Shown here piece by piece: positions 22,167-34,100 of a stretch of 42,633 nucleotides of DNA. The stretch's first letter is position 1; the number at the start of each line of letters is the position of its first letter. Position numbers and translations under genes: made by a program. The notes beneath the pieces are model-generated. The model saw only the letters and a program-made list of their open reading frames with translations, made no database searches and was not told where the DNA came from. This stretch comes from Enoplolaimus lenunculus (lineage: Eukaryota). The stretch lies in contig JASANG010000621.1 in the NCBI GenBank assembly GCA_030248215.1, forward strand, positions 372,001 through 414,633. The letters run 5' to 3'.

Positions 22167-25100
22167 GTAAGCTTTTATTTCACAAGACTGTAAATTCCAT
22201 TGAGTTGATTCAGAGAGGGAGAATTAGTTATTTCTGTTTATTTTCTAGATAATAAACAGTAAATATCAACCCACTCGGAGTTGATTTAAAATTCCGAGTG
22301 AGTTGTTTAATTATTTAACTCAGAATGAGTAGAATCAACTGAGAATTCTGCGTTCTGAAAGACCTAATTTACTCAGAAATGACCAGAAAGAACTAATTTT
22401 TACTCTGAGTTGATTAATCAACTCGCTGAAATTTATAGTGTAAGCACAAGTATCGATATTCTCAAATGCGTATAGCGCCTATCACTAGTCGACAATAGGT
22501 TTTCGAATTGACGGCTACTGTAGTAACCCAAATAAGTGGGAGAACTGATATTTATTTGGCCTCTTCAGAGGGAACCCCTGTTACTCGGTTACGGACTGTT
22601 AAGATGCCTTGCGCCGCCCTTCGTTCCTGATATATCTGGTACTGCAATTATCCATTGAATTAAACGTTTGTCTTATATCAAAAGCTGGAGTGATAATGCA
22701 AGGTTCTACTTAATAGGAATGTACTTTCAAAACTTAAGTATGTTTTAAAATTCGAAGTCAACTTTATTTAATCCTGGAGCCATTTATGCCCTACAATTAT
22801 GAATAATTAACATTTATGAACCCAAATTAGGGATTATGAATTCTATCCACTTACGAACTCTTATTATGGATACTGACTCGTATACGGACTCCTATTGAGT
22901 GGGACTCAAATGGTGACCCCCTCTTATTACTCTCGTCGTATTCGGGTCACTACAGTAATGTAGTTGCACAATGCACAGGATTTAACATTTAACACACATG
23001 TATACCTATGTGTGTGGTTAGTTAGTACAAATATAGAATCCTCGTTGTCGAGCGTCAAGGTCCTACAGCTGAGTGCGATAGTAAACGCCTCCCACCAATG
23101 AGACTTACGCTTCAAATTCTATTATGAAAATAAAGTGACTGCTAAATTAAAAATATATATTCATTCATAAAATAATCAGTTCAATTTGTAATAAACTTTA
23201 AGTTTTAGTACAATCTTTCACTTTTGATTGGAACAAGAGAAAGTTTAACGCGAATTTTTCTATCAAAAAGTTTCAAGGAATGCTTTTCAGAATCTTCGCC
23301 TGATCGAAACATGAAGCTGAAACGATCCTATTTGACCTTTGTGGGGTCATATGACAGGGACGATACGCACAAATATATTAATGGAACATTAGTTGGACCA
23401 AGTGTGAACTTGCTTTCAAGTGAGTATATTTTAGATCTGAACTACTTTACCATAGCTACTAGTATCCTAACAGGTTGCTCGGAATTTTCCGTGCTCAATT
23501 TCAATTCACAACAATGGCCCGAGTAAAGATCAGAGGCGGAACGTTTTTCTGTGGGTCTGCAATAGAGTAAGCTTAAGCTTTAGACTAATTTTTTCGCTTG
23601 GCTTAGGCATCATAACCTTAGGCTTAGGAATATGGTTATAATACTGTTCCGCCCCTGTTCTTGCCATTGGCCACAACAATTGGGGAATATATTGGATGTA
23701 CCTACTTGTGTACTTTCTTCACACTAACGTTAAGAAAGTAAAGGTCTCCAACTCCAACGCTACTGGTTATTATTTTCCTAACTCTAATCTTACGTTTAAG
23801 ATGAGCCTTGCGCTTAGGTTGGGGCTTAAGCTGAATCTGAGCTTACACCGAGCGCTAAGCTTCAGCATCATTAGAATAAGTCAGTATATATGTGTTTTAG
23901 ACTCTGTGGACGAAAGTGAACAAGTACATTATTAGGACTGTAGCGAACCCAAAGTCTATGGTTGTAAGGGGCCGTGGGAAAAAACGAATTTGAAAATTTT
24001 GAATTTTTGAATTTTAATTTAAACTTCACGTCTTTTACATTGAAAGTTACACGACATCAAAAGACTTTCTTGATGTTCCTTAAGTTACCGTCTCCCAGTG
24101 TTTTACTGCATTTCGGCACAAATTGATATGAGCATAATTTCTAAGGTGTATAATTTTCTTGGATCCGCTCATGTCAGAATTTGTTTACTAGTAATTGATT
24201 GTATTCTGGCTGCTGTACACTTTCATTCCAAGCCTAAGCCTAAGTTTAAACCTTTGTCTAAGCCTTGTCGGTATATGTTCACGGTAAAGTGTAAAAAGAT
24301 TGCCATACATGTGCACATATACCTGAATATATGATTGTTGCAATGACCATATAGTGTAGTGGTAGTATCGTTTACTCGAATACAAGAGGGCCGACCTTCG
24401 CTTCCCGGCGTGGTTCTTACCTTTGGCAAAACTCTAAAGAACAGGGGTTGTACAGACCGTATAGCTTCCACATGCCTTTATCTAAGCCTAAGCCTAAGCC
24501 CAGACATCAGCGTTGACGGTAATGTAAAGGTTTGTGTATAATAGCCTGTGATTTTTCATAGAAATGCCTCCAATATTGCGTATCATTTATTCGATGTTGT
24601 CTGATTTGATCTCAGTACATTGCCATACCCGTCATATGATTGTTCGAGTTAACAAAAGTATGGCGAAAATTATTGGAATCAACAGTGGTAAAGATGTAAG
24701 TGTTCATTTTGGTATAAACAGTTCCAAAATAACTTGCGTACACCGTGTCACAATTTTAGCGTTGCTTAAACATGCGGGCTCGTAGCCTGAGGGGCCAGGG
24801 AGGCTCAACTCCACTCAGACCCGTAGCCAGGTCAACTTGCTGAGGGGGGGCTAAAAAATTTTCAGTCAAGCATTTAAAGGTTATAAATGACTTACAAGCA
24901 AGGTTAAAAATCTTCTAGGGGGTCAAAAATTTTCCAGAGGGTGCTGAGCGCCGCTGACACCCTTGGCTACGGGCCCGACTTCACTTGAAGAATTTTGCCT
25001 CCCCTACCTAGAAAATTTTCAACCTTGCTTGTAAGTCGACGAAAACTGTTGTATGCCCCGCCAGAAAAACGGTCAGCTCCCTATCAACTTGAACTGGCTA

Positions 25101-28100
25101 CAGGCCTGATAACACGTTGTTCACTAAAAGATGTTTCGCTAAATTGAAAGATAACCCTTTCTTCCATGAATATTTTCTTTCTTTTTCATCTCAAATCTAG
25201 GCCATATTCTTCAATGTGTATAGCAATTATCATCAGTTAGTAATAGGTTTTCAAACTTGCTAACTACTACAGTTGTTCAACTCAAAATTGATACAGCATT
25301 AGAGCAAATCATATCTTAAAATGTGCAGAATTTTGTACATTAGCAGCATGGTTCGAAACGTACAAGACCTATCACCAACTTGTGAAACATGTTACCCGCA
25401 TTTGAGATTACGGGCACTAATTTCAAGTTGGTATTCGAACCATGGATATATTGCTTGATGTTTACAGATTGCCGTTAGTTCATTAAATGACAAATCATGT
25501 CATTTAACACGGTTTGATTCGACTAGTTTCTTTACTGGAATTCTCTACGACGTGTGTAATACTATGACAATCAAAACCGAACGCACCATTTCGTACCAAA
25601 ATTATGTAAGTTGCGCATATCACTACTTATCACCAGTTAGCGATCGGGTTTGCAAACTGTATAAACTGCAATTGCAAATCTCAAAATTGGTACAGAAGTA
25701 GAGCGAATCAATTGCGTACGATGTGCTAAACTTCGAACCTCATCATTGACCGATTTGAATATTACTACGTCTATCACCAACTGATGATAAATGTGCTATA
25801 TAAGCTTATACATTTGAGAATACGGGCTCGCAAATTTAAGCTTTATTGTTATATTTAGCTAGCGGTTCCAAGCAACCATACACATTTCAGGAGGTGCCCC
25901 TTAGTTCCCAAAAAGAAAGCAAAGGGCTTACCAGGTCCATTGCCAGATTCACCTGCTGGGTGTAACAATTTTCAGGAGGGGTATGCGAAGATTTTAGATT
26001 AACTATAAGCGTTCCCCCATCGTCTCCTCTGGCTACGGGCTTGATCATAGTAGCGAAAAATTCGGTAACTGAGTCGATCATACTTGTACTGCGTATCAGC
26101 TGTAATCCATACAGGGGCGTTCGCAGAAAATGATACTTTGGGGTCACCGAATAATTTTGTGGCGCCCCTACAATTACAACACAACATTGTTTACTTTTAA
26201 ACCAAGTCAATTTGGGGGGTAGGGCACCAGCTAAATTTGGAGACGCAAGTACAATTCAGATTTAAGATTTTATTAAAAATTAAATATTTACTACTGCAGT
26301 AAAAACTCAAAATTTCAGTGTGCAATATATTGCATAGCGTCAAATGTTTATTTGTATTATTTTTTCTTCGGCATTAATAATGCGTTTGTCGTTTTCAATA
26401 CATGATCGGCAACAAACACCACTGGTCATTAAATTGCGTCAAATAGTGATAATAACTATCATTTTGTTCAATTTATCCATATAATCAGCGCCGTAGCTAA
26501 AATGTCATTTTGCCTGGTAGGGAATAAACGTTATAAGTTTGTGTGAATCGATAGTGTCGCAAGCATTAAAAACCTACTGCCCCTAGGCAGGTTATTCTGA
26601 ACCCTGTAAAGTGTCTATTTTGTTCAGTTCTTCAACTGGATTTCGGTGGTATACATTTCCCCTCGTAGACGCTTCTAATGTGTAATACATTAAATACATA
26701 ATACATAAGCGACTCGAGTCATTGGTGTAACCAGGATTTCATTTCGGGAGGGGATAAAGATACGCTTTTTTTGGAAATGAGCGTAGCGAGCGAGAAATTT
26801 TTGTAGGTTATTCGATAGCCTGTAACGCTGACATTTGCGACTGAATTTAGAAATTTCGGGGGGGGGGGGGGGAATATATCCCCTCTGTTCTCGTGCTTTA
26901 AACGGAGCAAGGCGGTACCATTTGAATTGAAAAACAATCTAGCACAGACAACGAGACAAGGGTGGGTATGTTGGACATCTGGAAATGCAATGATGTGGGC
27001 CCGTAGCTAAGGGGGGGCGTAGCCGGGGGGCTGCCTCCTACAAAATTTTGCCCTCCCCCTGGAAAATTTTCAACTTTGCGTGACACTCAGCAATGATGTG
27101 GGCTCGTAGCTAAGGGGGGAGCAGGGGGCTGCCTCCTACAAAATTTTGCCCTCCCCCCTGGAAAATTTTCACATTTGCGTGACACTCAGCAATGATGTGG
27201 GCTCGTAGCTAAGGGTGGAGCAGGGGGCTGCCTCCTACAAAATTTTGCCCTCCCCCTAGGAAATTTTCAACTTTGCGTGACACTCAGCAAATGATGTGGG
27301 CGCCCGTAGCCAAGGGGGAGACAAGGGGGGTTAGCCTTCTAAAAAATTTTCGCCCCTCTAGAAAATTTTTAACATCGCTTGTAAATCAAAGAAACCCCTT
27401 GTATGTCCCTCCTGAAACATTCTAAGCCCCATCCTTACAAGGATGATGAGCTGGGTACAGGCGTGCAATGCTGTCTGGTGTGTTAAGATATTAGCATATC
27501 TATTAGTCATGTATTAAGAGGAAATGCGGGGCGCAATAGCGTCGGTGGAAACTGTGGACTCGAGGGACACCGAAAAATTCTATTTGAAAGGCAAGCTGAC
27601 GAAACCATAAATGCAGCACTGTGTTGTGATTTCAATTTGGGCTGTCGCTCAAATCGCGCTTAGACGTGGCCGGGCCCGTAGCCAAGGAGGGTGGCCAGGG
27701 GGACTCAGCCCCCCTTGGAAATTTTTTAACCCCACCGTAATATTTTCAGCCTTGCTTGTAAGTCATTCAAAGCTCTTGTATGCCCCTCCTGAAAATTGAT
27801 TTAATCGCTGTCTAGAAAGGTGAACAGGCTAAGGGCGGGCCTGGACAGGGTGGGTCGATATTCGATGAGATGTCGGACCGACAAGTTGTCGAGGTCGACG
27901 AAATGTGAGGGTAACGAGTTGTTGGTTCGGGCGACGAATTGTCGTGGATTATTTGTAACGGACTGTTTGCGCACTAAAAAAGTTTCGCATTGTAACCCAT
28001 TTGATCTTGCAACTAAATCCCTTGTAGCGTTTGATATACTCAAGTGTTCATCTGTACAAGTTTATATGTCGGAATTCAGAAAAAACGGTCAGGGTGAATG

Positions 28101-31100
28101 AATCGCAATTTTTACTGTATGCTATATATGTGCCATTTTTTGACTGGGAAAATTGTGAAGTAGGGACCATACCATTTTATTACAAAAAATTTTGTGGCGG
28201 GGGGCGTACGCCATCCCTCTTGATCTGCTAGCGCTTATAAATCGCTGTGAGCTGGATGTTTGCTAAATAGCCAATTCTCATTCGGCCTATCCTGATGGTG
28301 TTCATATAAAGAAAAAACTAAGCACTTTAAAAACCGTAAAATTAATTAAAGGATACAGCCAATGTCCGATAACGATAACTTGTGAGGGGGGCAAATTTAG
28401 CAGATGTGATCCCAGAAAATTTTTTTAATTAAAGTTCGATTCGTAGCTTTGTGTTGAGTCCACTGGGTACTAAAAACGGCCCTGATTGTATGACAGAACC
28501 AGAATATAATGAATTAGTCGTATAATCGGTGTGGCCGTATCTGTAACACCGTAGGACAATTGTTGCTATAATCGCATTGGTTGAAATATTTTTATAGATG
28601 CTGCTCAAAATTAATCGCTCTCATCTGATTGGTGCTTCCACAAATCGATCAAACAACCAGAAACCAGGTATTGAAATGGCTTCACTGAAAGTTCTAACTG
28701 CGCAAGGTTAATGCAAAGAACAGGGGCGAAACAGTATTACAAGCATATTTCTAAGCCTAAGCCTAAACCTAAGTCTAAGCCTAAGCCTAAGCCTAAGCCT
28801 AAGCGTAAGAATGAGTTTATTCCTAAGCCTAAGCGTAAGAATGAGTTTATTCCTAAGCCTAAGCCAAGCAAAAAAATTAGTCTAAAGCATAAGCTTACTC
28901 TATTCTAGTCCCACATAAAAACGTTCCGCCCCTGATCTTTACATGGGCCATACGCAATTTATTCTGATAAGTTTTGTAACCACTGGCGGATTGAAGTACG
29001 AGGGGGGGGGGGGTTAGTACGGCCTAGCCCACCCAAACATTGATCAAAACCAAGATTAAGGTTGAGCACTAAAATGGCGTTCGGCTTCTCGGTCGCTTTG
29101 GTCGCGAATTTGCTACTACTTGCGGCGCTGCCATATTATGAGAAATTTCTTGATCCGCCATTGGTTTAAACGTTTGAACCAATGAATCCAATTGAGGGAA
29201 ATGAAGCACCATCTTGGGTGTCAAAAGGTTTGTACAGTTGCAGTAAATGTCGCGGTTGAAGCAGTTTCAGTTTGTTTAATAACTCGCTTTTAACTTTCGA
29301 TAGCTACGATACTATAGCTTACTGAGCATAATGAGGCTATGAACGAAGCTCGACGACGAAGGATCTCAGGAACCACTGAACTGATTTTGATAAACTTTTT
29401 TTGTTTGACAGTTTAAAATCATCGAGTTGTTCATTTTGCATTGGGGTTTTAGAATTCTAACCTGTTCATTAGAAGCGTATTTGCATAATTGGTTAAGCGT
29501 AAATTAGCATTTTCTTCAAACTGTTCCACTAATTATTAGCGTTACAAGGGATTTGATTTTAGTATCAAAAAGTTTTGGGCCTGGAATCGAGAAATTTGGA
29601 TAAAATGTTTAAAACTTTCAAGAACAGATATGAAGGAAAGGTAGCTGCCTGCTAACTAATTAGCATATTAGCTATGTCTCAGTCCAGTTCTGAAATGGTT
29701 ATTTTGTATAAGCTTTTGCGCTCTGTTGGATTAATAGGGTTTTCGGGTATGAGAAATTTAAATATAGTATATAAAAATTGCAAAAACGGATATGACAGTT
29801 GGCAAAACAGCTTCAAATAATGCTACCGTTTTTCAATATTTTTCATGCCGAAAACAACTATATTTTTTCACAATTTCAGCTACACAAACGACTAATCGCA
29901 TTTTTCAGGCTTCAGGCGCTGGTGGTTTGTCCAGCCATTGTTTTGACGACACTCAGTTGTTTGTTGATTTTTAAAAATTCAATATTTCAAAATAATTTTG
30001 AATTTCGTTGAATTTGAGAAATACCAAAAATTACTAAAAAAACCCCGTCGCTTTGATTAGACAAAATTTGCTTTGATGTTTTTGAAAACAATCAGTATAT
30101 ATGTATTATAACCTAAATATTGGTTATATGTGTATGTAACAGAACAATATCACCATCGAGTATTGTGGTGTAACGGACGCGAATTGCAGGCCGGCGCCGG
30201 GTTTTGCGAGGACGTCCGTCGCCGGACGGCGTTGTACGACAAGTATAGCGCTGCGTCTACGGTTACAAAGGTATCTACGAGAATTTCTCGCCGGACAACT
30301 TGTCGCCCAATAGTGTCGTAAAGCCTGTAAATAAATCAAAGCATAATCCTATACGTAATCGTAAGCCTAAGCCTAAGCATAAAAGCATGATGGGCGACGA
30401 ATTGTCGAGTCGATAAAATTTCGAAAAACAAGTTGTCGGTCGTCGAATTGTCGTGATACCGTTACTTAGTGACGGACACATACTGAATATTCACGAAATA
30501 TGACTGCCATTAGAATTACGAGTTGAATGATTGGAACGAGAGCTGCGTTAGTTTCAAACGCAGACTGATTGCTCGAGTTGAATTTAAACTCTAATTTCAA
30601 CCAGCAACAGCCAGCCAATCATAACATTTGTTAAAGAAAATCAGTGTTAGTTGATTTTCCAATTACGCTGCACTTTATTTTATTTCAGAATGCTGCGATG
30701 AAAGATTGACGGTGAAACAAATATTTCAATGTACACAAAATATTTCATTGTTTGAAAATGAACAAATAATTGCGAACAAAATGAAGGTTAGTACTCGTGG
30801 CTTATTTCAAAATGTCTAAAATTTCTGCCCGTGTATACAACACTGCCGTAACAGTAGTATAAACGCACTCATAAGCCTAAGCCTAAGAATAAGCTTATAG
30901 TCTTATTCGTAAGCCTAAGCGTGGAGCCTAAGCCTAAACGTAAGAATGAGCTTATACCGAAATCTAGCGACTAAGCCTAAGCAAACAATTGATCTAAAGC
31001 TTAAACTTACTCTATTTCAATATCCAGGAATAATGTTCTATTGAGAAATACAGAAAACAATCCGTATTTTGCGTTTCCTTCTTATCCGAACCCGTTCGCT

Positions 31101-34100
31101 TGGTTTTTATATTTCAGAATCAAAACAAACCGGTCATGGAAATTTCGTACGATGCTCACGCCATTACAACAACGACTAACCTCATTCAAATTTACAATAT
31201 CACTTCAAATAAAGTTATTTACGCGAAATTCATCACCAAATACACGGGTTAGTTTCACGCTGCCACTGGATATTAATCCCACCGGATACTGGGAACGGAT
31301 AGCGAATTTTGTACCGCATCCGGATATCATTTTTGTCGAATATTAAACCGGAATCACTATCCACGTATCCGATCGCACCCTGATTAGTTTATAGACGCCT
31401 CTTACTTGTTTCAAAATTACTAAAATGAGTTACATGTGACTGCAGTAACTTTCCTACACCTTGTTACTATTTTAATCTTAGGCACGGTAGCGAGGTTGAC
31501 ATGAGCAGTGGCGGTATCCAGGATCTCAAAATGGGGGGTGCCAAAATGACACGTGTAATAAACTTTATTTTTGACCCACACACAAACCACGAACTATTGC
31601 CATAAAATTGACTTCCTTACGGTCGTTCAATTGAGATGAATCACAAATAAAACTAACGCATCAACGCAATTTAGGTATAAACAACAGGGTGGCAACATAA
31701 GTCCAAATATGGTTTCGACCAGGCACAAATTTAAAAACTCGCATTCGGAAGCCAATTCAGTTTTGAAAAAACAAAATCCAGTCAGCTTCAGCAATATCCA
31801 TTTCTGTTTTTGAATGAGTTAGAACTGCCTGCTATTTTCCGAAAATGTTTTAGCATTAGTGGTTATGGACTTCAATTTATGTCGTAGAACAGCAATTGAC
31901 ACTATATATAATTTTTGTCGAGATGCTATTGGGGGGGGGGCGGCCACGGCCGGAGTGGGCCCCCCATGGATCCGCCACTGGACATTAGCCAAAATATCAG
32001 TTGTTTTTGGTGGTACTATTTACAGGTATTTACGGTCCGTTGACATCGGATTTGCACACTATACCGGTGATGTGCTACGTGTCAAACAATAGTCAGGGCC
32101 CATCAAAATTAGCCAAGATGCAAATGATTATTGATTACGGGTAATTTGTAATTAATGCTTGTTAGTACTCAATAGTCATATGCAAAAATTTTCAAAATCC
32201 AACCATTTTTGGGCGAACGCCGGCTTGGCAAATAGCGGAAAACATCGTCATGTTAATGTACCATGATATGATTTAAGTTTTCCTTTGCAGTTCGATTAGT
32301 TTAAAATTTTCTAGTGGCGTTTACAACGGTTTTTGAAATGTCAAAAATTCAATGTTTTCAATACAGCCCCAACCGAGTTTCTTTCTCAACTAAAACAGCA
32401 ACAAAATAAAGTTACTGATTGTGTACTGCAAAGCTTTTATTGCCGAATCACACCTGGATACAGCGTAATCCGCGTAAGTATATTTACTCAAAACGGATAA
32501 CCACCCAGTATTGTAGCAACGTATGCTTGGTTTTAAGAAATATATTGACAACAAATTTAAGGAATTGCCGCTTTTATTAATATTAAGACAATATGGAGCG
32601 ATTGCTTTTAGGTGCTCTGTAAATTCTGGAACACGATTGACCAAAAACGGGTTCGCGTTTCGTCCGATGCGATTAAGCGAGCTGTATAGTACATTTTATA
32701 TTCACTGCAACGTTACGTTTTGCTCAAAGCGAGGCGGACGCGAGTCTGAAGGACTAATCAGGGTAACGCGGATGGTTTGCATTTTGTTTTTCGGCCAAAT
32801 TTGATTATCGTCGGGTTGACGGTGGCCGCTATACTTGCTGTACGACGCCGTCTGGTGCCGTCTGTTATTGTCCAGCACCGTCGTCTTGGTCTCGCTTTTT
32901 TGACCGAGGTCACCCATTCCTGCTGAAATCATGTAAAACTCCTTAAACATAACACGCATTTAATACGAAAGGTCATTTACGTATTTGAACCAATATTTCC
33001 GTTTAAATTTTATAGTTTTGGGGGTAAATATCACAAGCGAAATTGTGTAAACTACTCATCTATTTGATAAAAGGGAAAATATTATTTGTCGTGCTAAAAT
33101 TTAGTCACGTCGCCAATTTTCCATATGATAGTAAAATTTAACAGGGCAGTGGGAAATTGAATTTACGAAATGTTTCAATTTGCTTGATCTACGGTTTTCT
33201 TTTTCGTAAGTTGTAAATTGAAGTTGATAAATCATTATCAATTTACTACTCGAATTTACAAAACCGACGGCAAAGGGAAATTGGAAAAATTTTCAAATTC
33301 AATTTCCCACTGCTACCCCTTTTCCAAACTCAAGTTGGAAAAAGGCGTCTTTGAATTCCACAAGCCGGGCGCAAATTAATGTGGATGACGCATTAGACTA
33401 TTTTTTCATATTCTTAGGCATAAGCTCATTCTTATACACGTAGGCTTCGGATTATGGATATGCTTACTGTAACGGCCGTGTTCTATGCCAGACTATAGCC
33501 AAAGCTTACATCTCGCTATATGTGTTATATTAATTTCGATATTTTGCGCGTCCAGCTAAAAATTTGTGTATAAACACGGCAAATGCGAGAAAATGTTTTA
33601 CGGCAATTAATTTTTGACCACTTTTTCAGTGCCCACAAACTGTTGCGTGTTCGCAAGGACCAAAAAAACTACAACCTGCCATTGTATCGAGTCACTTTTT
33701 TAAACGGATTCAAACGAATGTGTTGATATCAGTGTCCAAAGGACGTTTTCATGTGACAAATTCAAGTATTTAATTTTACCAGTTACACAAGGCATCTTTC
33801 ACAATCACTTATACCCGTCGTGTTATACCGGTTTCATGGCCCATGTATAGATCAGGAGTGACGAACCGTTTTTTGGTGGACCAAATATGCAGCGTATTTA
33901 AGCTTTAAGCTAATTTTTTGCTTAGGTTTACACTTGGGTATAGGATTGTCTTTCGCTTAGGCCTTGGCTTAAAAATATGATTTTGCTACTGTTACGACCC
34001 TTATCTACATCATTGGCTTTTTTCAACGATAAATAGTCTGAAATTTTGAACTCGTATATCCTGATGAGGTTGTTGCAGTAGCACTCGCTTTCTATTAGTA

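Noticed and set aside
23901..23963. Candidate + exon TLWTKVNKYIIRTVANPKSMV
   Set aside because: Phase 0 to 0 inside a phase-1 intron, and the phase-1 reading hits a stop.
28711..28908. KPKPKP and LGLGLG / LRLRLR ORFs here and at other TTAGGC tracts
   Set aside because: Hexamer-repeat translations within TSD-flanked MITEs.
32367..32473. Candidate + exon (APTEFLSQLK...YSVIR) with GTAAGT donor
   Set aside because: Its open frame is phase 1 to 0, incompatible with the phase-2 junction of exons 8 and 9, and it would split the IIDYGC motif.
32702..32959. Minus-strand 85-aa ORF with an apparent acceptor, as a terminal exon
   Set aside because: It overlaps ZP exon 9 in antisense and contains a PIF-like MITE end fragment (CGCTATACTTG..GTAC.ACGCCGTC, also near 30220-30250). 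No partner exon was found.
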